A stretch of 27,517 nucleotides of DNA from NCBI RefSeq assembly GCF_004010195.1, contig NC_057754.1:8175010-8202526 (forward strand). Direction: 5' to 3'. The translations under genes and the position numbers were made by a program. Of this stretch, positions 1 through 9,917 are shown piece after piece; position 1 is the first letter of the stretch; every line of letters starts with the position of its first letter. Source of the DNA: Chiloscyllium plagiosum. Lineage: Eukaryota. The notes under the pieces are model-generated. The model ran no database searches and was not told the origin of the DNA. It saw only the letters and a program-made list of their open reading frames with translations.

Positions 1-201
1 TAAATTCACAGTCACCACTGAGACTGCAACTTAACCCCTCGTTGTCCCTGACCCTGCGGTGTTTAATGGAGACGGTGTCGAGGGAACTTTACTTTGAGTT
101 CAAAGAAGTGGTGGAACCTTTACTCTGTATTTTAACCCCTTATTGTCCCTGTGTCGGGCGTCCTTAATGGGTATCATGACGAGGGAACCATACTTTAAGT
201 T

Positions 202-830
202 CTATAGCATCATAGAGGCGTACAGTACAGAAACAGACCTTTCAGTCCACTCACCCAAGCCCATGAGGTATCTGAAATGAGTCTAATCCCATTTGCCAGC
301 ACCCAGCCCATATCCTTCCAAACCCTTCCTATTCACATACCCATCCAGATGCCTTTTAAATGTTGCAATTGTACCAGCCTCCACCACTTCCTCTGGCAGC
401 TCATTCCATACACGTACCACCCTCTGTGTGAAAAATGTGCCCCTTGGGTCCCTTTTAAATCTTTCCCCCCTCACCCTAAACCTATGCCCCTCTAGTTCTG
501 GACTCCCCCACCCCGTTGAAAAGATCTTGTCTATTTACCCTATCCATGCCCCTCGTGATTTTATAAACCTCTATAAGGTTTATGCTCCAGGGAAAACAGC
601 CCCAGCCTGTTCAGCCTCTCCCTGTAGCTCAGATCCTCCAACCCTGGCAACATCCTTGTAAATCTTTTCTGAACCCTTTCAAGTTTCACAACATCCTTCC
701 TGTAGCAGGGAGACCAGAATTGCACGCAATATTCCAAAAGTGACCAAACCAATCTCCTGTAGAACTGCAACATGACCTCCCAACGTCTTTACTCAATACA
801 CTGACCAATAAAGGCAAGCACCAAATGCCA
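202..830 (-). mobile_element. CR1-clade LINE (HER1-like) 3' fragment
   Basis: Translations [33 protein letters not shown] and FFTQRVVRVWNELPEEVV are typical of the CR1 ORF2 C-terminus. Frameshifted; the 3' tail lies near 205-250. Confidence 0.88.
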
Positions 831-869
831 AGGGAACTTTACTTCCAATTTCCTGTGAGCTCAAGGGGT

Positions 870-1975
870 AGAGAGAGCTTCACTCCATGTTCATCTCCAT
901 GCTCTCCCTGGCCCAGTAATGTTGGTCTGAGGCAGTGTCGAGGGAGCTTTACTGTCCATTCATTTCAAGTCTAAAGGAGTCAAGAGGGCTTTACTCGGTA
1001 TTTAACCTGCTGCTGTCCGTATCTTGGGAGTGTTTGATAGGGGACAGGGCAGAGGGAGCTTTACTCTGTATCTAACCCCGTGCTGTCCCTGTCCTGGGGA
1101 GTGTTTGATGGGAGACAGTGTAGAGGGAGCTTTACTCTGTATCTAAACCTGTGCTGTCTATATCCTAGGAGTGTTTGATGGGGGACAGTGTAGAGTGAGC
1201 TTTACTCTGTATCTAACCCTGTGCTGTCCCTATCCTAGGGAGTGTTTGATGGGAGACAGTGTAGAGGGAGCTTTACTCTGTATTTAACCCCGTGCTGTCC
1301 CTGTCCTGGGGAGTGTTTGATGGGGGACAGTGTAGAGGGAGCTTTACTCTGTATCTAAACCTGTGCTGTCTATATCCTAGGAGTGTTTGATGGGGGACAG
1401 TGTAGAGGGAGCTTTACTCTGTATCTAACCCTGTGCTGTCCCTGTCCTGGGAGTGTTTGATGGGAGACAGTGTATAGGGAGCTTTACTCTGTATCTAACC
1501 TTGTGCTGTCCGTATCCTGGGAGTGTTTGATGGGGTCAGTGTAGAGGGAGCTTTACCCTGTATTTAACTCTGTTGTTGCTGTCCTGGGACTGTTTGATGA
1601 TAGACAGTGTAGAGAGAGCTTTACTCTGTATCTAACCCTGTGCTGTCCGTATCCTGGAGAGTGTTTGACGGGGACAGCATGGAGGAGATTTACTCTGTAT
1701 TTAACTCTGTGTTGTCATTGTCCTGGGACTGTTTGTTGGGAGACAATGTAGAGGAAGCTTTACTCTGTATCTAACCTTGTGCTATCCGTATCCTGGGAGT
1801 GTTTGATGGGGTCAGTGTAGAGGGAGCTTTACTCTGTATTTAACTCTGTTGTTGCTGTCCTGGGACTGTTTGATGGGAGACAGTGTAGAGGAAGCTTTAC
1901 TCTTTATCTAACTCTGTGCAGTCCCTGTCCTGGGTGTGTTTGATGGGGACAGTGTAGAGGGAGCTTTACTCTGCG
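870..1975. repeat. ~70-bp minisatellite array (~14 good copies, degenerate copies at 1-200 and 830-1000)
   Basis: Unit gggagtgtttgatgggggacagtgtagagggagctttactctgtatctaaccctgtgctgtccctgtcct recurs at 1030, 1101, 1171, 1242, 1313, 1383, 1453, 1523 and onward. Confidence 0.95.
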
Positions 1976-2914
1976 TTCAAATGAATTGCGACTGAAACTA
2001 ACTTCCTGTTTCAGATTGTAATCAACTGCATCTAAACCCTGGTAGGATTTGACCCCATGTTCCCGAGAACATTACCCCAGACCCTCTGGAAGACCAGCGC
2101 AGTGTCGTCACCGCTACACACCCAGACTCCGCACCCTGAAGGGGTAACAGGACAGGTTCTCGCCTGGGGTAGACTCTGCATAGCACACACTCGCAGGCTG
2201 ACCTCCTGCACTGGTTTCCGAGCTGGTCTTGTGGAAAATCTGAGAGGGGTTTCCCAAAGTAAGTGCGGGGAGGCCGAATGGCGATTTCCAAGATGCCCTG
2301 ATCCAACCCGACCGATTAGCACAAGATTTCAGACCCTGGTGAAATGAGTTCATATGTCTGTATTTACATCAGAGTTACTTCCAGTCAACGCGTACATTGG
2401 TAACTTTGGCAAACAAATAGAAATCAGACTGATCGGGTGAATGTGAAAACAGCACATCAGAATTGACATTCAAGTAATCAAGAGAGGGTCGCGTCGTTTC
2501 GGGGAGTGGGGGAGGGAAATATTCCCGATGTTTATCGGTAAGCTTCACATTCCAGGTGGGAGCTGCACCTCTTCCCTTCCACCCCCCCCACCCCCCAACC
2601 CCTTGTAAACCCGTCCCCTCCCTCCATCCCCAACCCCATTCTCTGACCCCTTTCATGGTCCGGTTCAGCTCCCACCCACCCACCCCCCAATATTCCTGGG
2701 ACACCTGGCACGGGAAAGGGGAGCGCAGGGCGGGACTTTCTCATTAACCACACTATCCCAACCCCACCACAAAAAGTCTTGTTGCTGGATCCGGCGAAAA
2801 GACACGGAGCCAGGGAGTTTGACCCCCCCCCCCCAGGGTCTGAAACCACAAACTCCCTCCAGGCGTCAGTGGCTCCCAATGGGTTGGCACATTTGGGTGA
2901 CACATTGGCAGGGA

Positions 2915-3150
2915 GGCTCGTGCAGCACGGGACCAGGCCCTTCGGCCCAACTCATCCGTGCCGGCCAGGTTTCCCAAAACTGAAGCGGCCCCGTTTGCTC
3001 AGCATTTGGCCCGTATCCTTCCAGACCCGTTTCCTGCCCATCCAGATGTCTTTTAAATGGGGGTCATTGCACCGGCCACTTCCTCAGGCAGCCCGTTCCA
3101 GACACGCACCACCACCCTGCGTGAGAATGTCGCCCCTCGGGTCCTTTTGA
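2915..3150 (-). mobile_element. Degenerate CR1 LINE 3' end within the putative LRFN4 3'UTR
   Basis: Aligns by eye with 230-460 (ggcccttcggccc; ccacttcctc.ggcagc..ttcca.acacg.accacc). Confidence 0.75.
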
Positions 3151-3295
3151 GTTGTTGCCCCCGTCAGTCCTCAACTCGTAGCTCTTGCCTCCCACCCTCC
3201 TTTGTTGCCGGCGGTGGTGTTTGCGGGGTGAGGGGGGAGCGGGTGGGATTTGATCTGCTGCCAGTCACTCTCCCTCTCTCTGGCTCTCCACCCAT

Positions 3296-3968
3296 TCAGA
3301 CGACGCTCTCCTCCAGCTCCTGGGAGCCGCTGAAGACGCCCTCCTCGCCCCGTGTTGCCGTGACCCCAGCTTCGGCATAGCGCAGCAGCGTGCCGTGCAC
3401 CGACCGGCTCCTCCTAGTCCAGACCACGCTGAGGCGCTTGGCGTAGCTGCGGCGGGCGGTGGAGGACGAGGTGCCCAGGTCAAAGGAGCAGCTGCGGCTG
3501 GCCTTGGGTTGGGGCGCTGGTGGTCTCATTGCAGGCTCCGCCTGGGCCCCCCTGGCCCGTGCCCTGGGCCTCACCTTCCTCCGCGGCGGTTTGACCCTCT
3601 CCCTGACGCCGGGGTCTGCCAGTCGCGGGGCGGCGCCGTTGGTCTGGGAGTAGACATCGCTGACCTTGGGCACCCGGCGGCCGCCACAAGCCCTGAGCTT
3701 GAGCAGGGCGGCCACGCCGAAGACCAGCAGGGCCACCATGACGGCGCCGCCCACCGCCACGCTCAGGGTGCCGCCCAGGAAGTGGGCCCGCAGCAGCCGG
3801 CAGTGCGGGTACTCCTCCTCCTTGGTGCCGAAGCGGGCGCAGCCCAGCACCCGGGTGGCCGCCAGCTGGGTCTCGCTGTCTCCATAGATGGCCAGGACGC
3901 ACAGGTCGTACTCCGCTCCCGGCGCCAGGTTTCGCAGGCCGAAGGCCCGGCTGCTGGACGGCACTATC
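3296..3968 (-). CDS. LRFN4: LRFN4/SALM3 coding exon 2: second half of FN3, transmembrane helix, cytoplasmic tail with PDZ-binding motif
   Basis: Acceptor cctctctcccag|G at 3970-3969 completes the split Arg codon (AG+G). Protein continues IVPSSSRAF..YDLCVLAIY..ATRVLGC..AHFLGGTLSVAVGGAVMVALLVFGVAALL..SQTNG..RSCSFDLG..YAKRL..WTRRSRSVHG..LEESVV*. The RSCSxDLG, SVHG and LEESVV tail motifs identify LRFN4 rather than LRFN1/2 (ESTV). Spliced CDS is 1424+673=2097 nt, 698 aa plus stop. Confidence 0.95.
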
Positions 3969-4102
3969 CTGGGAGAGAGGTCAGACACCCCCCACACCCC
4001 ACCCCTACTACATCAGTGCAAAAGGGGGCCATTCAGCCCCTTGCAACCTGTTCCAATATGATCGTGCACCTCAGTCCCCGTCTTCTGCCTCCACACCCTT
4101 TG

Positions 4103-4424
4103 TGGGCGGCATGGTGGCACAGTGGTTAGCACTTCTGCCTCACAGAGCCAGAGACCCGGGTTCAATTCCCGCCTCGGGCAACTGTCTGTGTGGAGTTTGC
4201 ACATTCTACCCCGTGTCTGCGTGGGTTTCCTCCGGGTCCTTCGGTTTCCTCCCACAGTCCAAAACATATGCAGGTTAGGTGAATTGGCCGTGCTAAATTG
4301 CCCGTAGTGTTAGGTGAAGGGGTAAATGTAGGAGAATGGGTCTGGGTGGGTTGCACTTTGGTGGGTCGGTGTGGACTCGTTGGGCCGAAGGGCCTGTTTC
4401 CACACTGTAACTAATCTAATCTAA
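4103..4424 (+). mobile_element. Full-length tRNA-derived HE1/V-SINE with 8-bp TSD
   Basis: Pol III A box TGGCACAGTGG (4115-4125), B box GGTTCAATTCC (4159-4169), V-core gtgtggagtttgcacattct..gcgtgggtttcctccgg, CR1-like tail gggccgaagggcctgtttcc, (ctaat)n end. ACCCTTTG is duplicated at 4095-4102 and 4425-4432. Confidence 0.9.
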
Positions 4425-5159
4425 ACCCTTTGAGCCGGCTCGCCCCCAGTGATACATCTACCTCCATCTCGGACGCATTGCGTCGAATTGGATAATGGCC
4501 ATGCTCCCCCTTCCCCTTGAGCCCTTTAGCCTTCAGAACCATATCCAACGCCTTCATGAAAACATTCAGTGCCTGGCCACAGTGCGTTGCTGTGGTTGAA
4601 TTTGTGAAGCCCAGTGTGTCTTCTTGCTGGTTGAGTGAGGCGGAGGAGGTCTAGGAAGAAACATTGGGCAAGTGGAAGGCAGAGGGGGGAGAGGTGTGCG
4701 GAGGCTTAAGGTAGGGGTGCCAGCCGGAGGTGGTTCCATCGGTAGGGGCAAGACAGGACGGACAGGAAGCAACGGGGAATGGGACACTCAAGATGGTGGC
4801 AACATGGGGAGTGCCACATGTGGGTCAGGGTGGACAGCGGGATTCTGGAGGGTAAGGCAGGACACGCTGAGGTCAGGGCCTAAGGGCTGCATAGAAAGAA
4901 GCCCTTCGGCCCATCACTTCCATGCCAGTAATCCCATTTCCCAGCACGTGGCCCATACACTTCTATACTGTGGTGTTTCAAGTGCTTCTTCAATGTTATG
5001 TGAGGGTTTTCCTGCCTCACCTACCCTTCTGGGTGAGGACATCCTGTTCTCAAATCCCCTCTGAACCTCCAGCCCCTCACCTTAAATCTATGGCCCCTGT
5101 CTGTGATCCCTCAACTGACGAGATACATTCCTTCCTGTCTACCCTCGCTACAGCCCAAT

Positions 5160-5330
5160 AGGGAATTGGCTAGCTCATTTGGTTGGACAGCTGGTCTCTG
5201 ATGCCAGCACAGCAGGTTTAATTCCTGCACTGGCTGAAGTTACTATGCAGATTGCTCTTTCTAAACCTCGCCCCTCACCTGAGGTGTGGTGACCCTCCAG
5301 TTAAATCACCACCGGTCACCTCTCTCCCTC
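5160..5330 (+). mobile_element. Degenerate tRNA-derived SINE of another family
   Basis: A-box-like tagctcatttgg and B-box-like ggtttaattcc; no intact cloverleaf. Confidence 0.45.
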
Positions 5331-5587
5331 TAAATAGCTCTATGAAACTATGGCAGTGAACATTATACACAGCAGCAAAAAGCAGAAATTGCTGGAAAAA
5401 CTCAGCATCTGTGGAGAAAACTCAGATTCTGTAGCTAATTCACTTCCAGAATTGTACGTCTTGCCTCCATAGATGTTAACAGCTCCAAAAACTGAATTAG
5501 ATTGTAATGTTACATCTGTACATATCAAATAAGATATTTTCTCAACATAAGGTCGAACAGTACAGGCCCTTCGGCCCTCAATGTTAA

Positions 5588-5887
5588 TTAGATTCCCTAC
5601 AGTGTGGAAAGAGGCCCTTCAGCCCAACTAGTCCACACCGACCCTCCGAAGAGCAACCCTCCCAGACCCATTTCCCTCTGACCAATGCACCTAACATTAC
5701 GGGCAATTTAGCATGGCCAATTCACCTAACCTGCACATCTTTGGACTGTGGGAGGAAACCGGAGCACCCGGAGGAAACCCACGCAGACACGGGGAGAATG
5801 TGCAAACTCCACACAGACAGTCGCCCGAGGGTGGAATCGAACCTGGGACCCTGGTGCTGTGAGGCAGCAGTGCTAACCACTGAGCCT
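5588..5887 (-). mobile_element. HE1/V-SINE
   Basis: Reverse complement of the 4103-4424 element (ggaggaaacccacgcagacacggggagaatgtgcaaactccacac; gtgctaaccactgagcc). Confidence 0.9.
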
Positions 5888-6169
5888 CTGTGATGTTGTG
5901 CTGGCCTTTTATCCTACTCTAAGATCAGACTGATCTACATACCCTATATTGTACAAACTTGCATGTGCCTATCCAAGAGTCACTTAAATGTCCCCAATGT
6001 AGATGATTTCTCTTCACAGATGCTGCCAAACCTGCTGAGTTTTTCCAGAAATTTCTATTCTTGTTTCTGATTTCCAGCATCCACGGTTCTTTCAGTTTAA
6101 TATGACACACAACTCTAGATTAGCTCTGAAATTTTCCCCCCACGACTAACGCTCAGAGTTTCCCATTGA

Positions 6170-6810
6170 GGCGATGCACCAAAACTCCTCAGACAGCCCC
6201 TTCCAAAACCCAGGACCTCTCCCTGGAAATATAATACCGTTCCTTTGCTGTCGCTGGGACAAAATCCTGGAACTCCCTCCCTAACAACACTGCCTGTGAA
6301 CCCACAGCTCAAGAGGCTACAGAGTTTCAAGAAATAGGCACCCCCTCCCACCTTCTCAAGGGGCAGTTAGGGACAGGCAATCAATGCTGGGCCCTAGGGA
6401 CAGGCAATCAATGCTGGGCCCACCTTCTCAAGGGGCAGTTAGGGACAGGCAATCAATGCTGGGTCCACCTTCTCAAGGGGCAGTTAGGGACAGGCAATCA
6501 ATGCTGGGCCCACCTTCTCAAGGGGCAGTTAGGGACAGGCAATCAATGCTGGACCCACCTTCTCAAGGGGTAGTTAGGGACAGGCAATCAATGCTGGGCC
6601 CACCTTCTCAAGGGGCAGTTAGGGACAGACAATCAATGCTGAGCCCACCTTCTCAAGGGGCAGTTAGGGACAGACAATCAATGCTGGGCCCACCTTCTCA
6701 AGGGGCAGTTAGGGACAGGCAATCAATACTGGGCCCACCTTCTCAAAGGGCAGTTAGGGACAGGCAATCAATGTTGGGCCCAGCCAGCGATGCCCAAATC
6801 CAAAAAAGTC
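6170..6810 (+). mobile_element. 3' end of a second non-LTR retrotransposon family (L2/CR1 group)
   Basis: Similar to 10085-10130 (ccaaggctcctt..cagcaccttcca.accc); ends gccagcgatgcccaaatccaaaaaa. Confidence 0.6.
6347..6780 (+). repeat. 45-bp tandem array (~9.6 copies)
   Basis: ccaccttctcaaggggcagttagggacaggcaatcaatgctgggc at 6347, then 6420, 6465 and onward to 6735, with one truncated unit near 6392. Confidence 0.95.
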
Positions 6811-7139
6811 AGGAAGCACATTTTACGCCCAATTTGCAAATCCCTCCGTCACTGTGAGGCATGAACTTGCAAAGCCGCACGTTGATGAGTGTTTGCTGGG
6901 AATTAGTGAAGCGATGGAGATCGATGAAGTTGCAGTGCAGAAGAGCCTGTTGTTCTTGTACTGCGAATCGCGAGCAGTAACAACTCTAGGGGCTGCCTGG
7001 CCTCCAGTTATTCTTTAGTGTTGAGGGAGCTGAGCAATGTGAAGGGAGAGCTGGGGGGGGCGGGGGCAGAGTCAACCGGTTTGTCATTGCAGTTTTCTAG
7101 TCAACCTGTCCGGCCGTGTTAGGACGCGCAGGAACAATG

Positions 7140-7590
7140 TTGGCAAACTCGAAAGGGTTGCCTGAAACATTTACCAGGACGTTGCCGAGACTGGAGAGTC
7201 TGAATGCTGAGGAGAGACTGGAGAAGCAGGGACTTGTGCCCCTGGAACGTCAAGAGGCTGAAGGGATGACCTAGTCCAGGTTCAACATAATCACAAGGGG
7301 CAGAGATCAGGGGAATAGCCAAGGTCTTTTCCCCCAGGAGTCCGGAACCAGGCGGTGAAGGTGTCGGCGTGAGGGGGAACGGCTTAAAAACGGACCTGAG
7401 GGAGCAACTGTTTCATGCAGAGGGTGGTGCGTGTATGGAACGAGCTGCCGGGGAAGTGGTGGAGGCTGGTACAATGACAACATTTAAAGGACTTCTGGAT
7501 GGGAATGGCTTAGAAGGATATGGGCCAACAGGGATGCCCCAGTGAGCACAGACGGGTTGGACCCAAAGGCCTGTTGCTGTGCATGGAGTA
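7140..7590 (+). mobile_element. Degenerate CR1 LINE 3' fragment
   Basis: cagagggtggtgcgtgtatggaacgagctgcc and tail gacccaaaggcctgtt are homologous to 25930-26165. Confidence 0.75.
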
Positions 7591-8799
7591 CATGGGGTTT
7601 GAACCCAGTCATCTTGGCTCAGAGGCAGGGACATTGGCACTGCACCACAAGCTCATTTAGCATGTGCCATCTAAGTGGTGAGGGGGGTGGAGACATGAAA
7701 CAGTGATGAAGATGTTGCTGATTGGTCTGAGCAGTCGATCAATTAGTCGACCCCGGGGTCTCAGTGAGACCAGATCTGGAATGTCGTTGCTCTCCGTACT
7801 GAAGGAGGGATACGCTTGCTTTGGAAACAGGTCTCAGGAGGCTCACCCGCCTGCTACCCCGGGACCAAAGGGGTTTGCCCTCTGAGGAAAGCGTGGGGCT
7901 GGATCTTCAGAGGGGTGGGTGTTGGTCTTCTCTGTCTCAGTCTGCTCCTGAAGGGTTCTCGGCAGGGTCAGCACTGACAGGACGTTTTCCCTCACGGCAG
8001 GCAGGGTTTTAGGAATTACGACTCTCCCTTTTGAAACCGGGATGAGGGCGAATATCTTCGGTCAGCGGGCAGTATGCCTCTGGAATACCGTCCCCGGGGA
8101 AGCGCTGGAGGCTAGATCATGGAATTTACTGAAGGCCAAGTGGGACAAGGGAGCAAAGGATTGACGGGTGGAAGGAAAGGGGGCTGTTGCAACTGGAGAG
8201 GGTGGGGGGAGTGAGCGCAATGCCATTGTGACTAGAGGGGAGTTGGGGGCGTGGGCTGGAGGCCGTTGTGACTGGGGGGACGGTGTGAGGCGTGGGCTGG
8301 AGGCCTCATTTACGGTCGCCCACCATCTTCTTGGGTTGCAGAGTAGGCCCGAGGAGTTGCCCTTGCTCCCAGCCGCTCAGCAGAAACCCATTTGCCGAAG
8401 CCTACACTATGAAAGGCAGTTTTGCCTGAGCGTGTGCACCGCGTGCTTGTTGCTCACCCGCCCACGTTGAGAGTTTAGGCCCAGCGTGATTTTAAGGGAA
8501 AGGGGTTGCCAGCTACGCGATGTCTTACTGCCATTTCGGTTCCCTCTGGCATCCTTCACATCAGGCGGCCTGTGCCCTGACCCACCCCTCCAAGATCGCT
8601 GAAACGCATTTACTCGCCTTTTATGTAAGTCACTGCTTCTGGGATCATGCTGTGGCCCGGAGTGTGACAAAGCGCAGAATGACGGAATTGCTGCGGCACG
8701 CACTGAGGCCGTTTGGCCCATCATGTCTACACTGGCGTCTTCAAATGAGCAGTTCACTGCCAACACTCCCCCCACCCTGGCTTCCTCCCCCTTCCCAAC

Positions 8800-9170
8800 C
8801 ATTTAAAATCATGAGGGGCATAGATAAGGTGAATGACAAGTGAATTTCCCGGAGGGTGGGAGATTTCCAAACCAAGCAGCATGTTTTTAAGGTGAGAGGA
8901 GAAGGAATTTAAAAGGACATGTGGGAGGCAACGTTTTTACACAGAGAGTGGTTTGTGTGTGGAATGAACTGCCAGAGGAAGTGGTGGATGTGGGGACAGT
9001 TACAGCTTTTAAAAGACATTTGGATAAGTTCACGAATAGGAATGGTTTGGTGGGATATGGGCCGAGCACAGGTTAGTGGGACTAGTTTAGTTTGGAATTA
9101 GGCTCAGCATGGACTGGTGGGACCAAAGGGCCTGTTTCCATGCTGGATGACTCCAATACTATGACTCTGT
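8800..9170 (+). mobile_element. CR1 LINE 3' fragment
   Basis: ttttacacagagagtggtttgtgtgtggaatgaactgccagaggaagtggtgg, tail ccaaagggcctgtttccatgctg..tatgactct. Confidence 0.8.
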
Positions 9171-9174
9171 GGCA

Positions 9175-9435
9175 AGTGGTGAAATTTGAATCCAGGAAAA
9201 TCCGGATGCTATAAATCTAGCATCTGTGTAATGATTGGTGTAAAAGGCCTGTCCAGTGCGCAAATGTCTTCCAGGGAAAGGAAACCTGAGGGTCTGGGCC
9301 TACTTGTGTCTCCAGACCCACCACAACATGGTTGACTCTTGACCGCCCTCAGAAATGGCTGATGCAGTTCAAAGGGCAACGAGAGCCAGGCACCAAATGT
9401 TGGTCTTGCTTGTGAGCCACGAACCAGTTAAAAAC
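9175..9435 (+). mobile_element. Degenerate SINE body (same family as 23335-23570)
   Basis: Shared motifs gggaaaggaaacctg, cctac.tg.g.ctccagaccc, gactct..accg.cct..gaaatg, cagttcaa.gggcaa. Confidence 0.55.
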
Positions 9436-9755
9436 AGCCCTCATCCTCCATTCAATCAGACAGTCAGTCTGTTAACAACAAGCATTTTCTTTTTTAAAAG
9501 TGGATCTCATTTACAGGGGAAGCCTTAAACAGAATATGTGTGCTTGATGTCAAATATTGACATTTTACAGACTGATCGATATATACAATTAGGCCATCAG
9601 AGCACTAAAGAAGTATAGATCCTAGATTAGTAACTAATGGTGTCTGACTATCAGTGGCCAGACATCCTTGTTGTTCTTGGCACATCTGAATCCCTGATTC
9701 CACAAAGTCTGTCCCACCATCTACAAGGCACAAGTCAGGAGTGTGATGGAGTACT

Positions 9756-9917
9756 GGAAATGTGTTGCTGGAAAAGCGCAGCAGGTCAGGCAACATCCAG
9801 GGAACAGGAGAATCGACGTTTCGGGCATAAGCCCTTCCTCCGGGAGGNNNNNNNNNNNNNNNNNNNNNNNNNNNNNNNNNNNNNNNNNNTCCAGCATCTG
9901 CAGACCTCACTTTCTCC
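9756..9917. mobile_element. Penelope-terminal-repeat-like insertion with 14-bp TSD, spanning the assembly gap
   Basis: TGTGATGGAGTACT at 9742-9755 and 9918-9931 flanks the insert; hammerhead-like motif on the minus strand at 9812-9842. Confidence 0.7.
9848..9889. other. Assembly gap (42 N)
   Basis: Run of N bases. Confidence 1.

Noticed and set aside
870..1975. CRISPR-like appearance of the regularly spaced hairpin repeats
   Set aside because: The whole unit is repeated with no unique spacers, there are no cas genes, and the context is vertebrate.
3395..4129. 244-aa plus-strand ORF
   Set aside because: Antisense shadow of LRFN4 exon 2 that runs into a SINE.
4105..4175. tRNA gene
   Set aside because: The A and B boxes belong to the SINE head, which continues into the V-core and LINE-like tail.
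6384..6857. 157-aa repetitive protein ORF
   Set aside because: Arises from a 45-bp unit (a multiple of 3) lacking a stop in one frame; transposon-derived with no splice or homology support.
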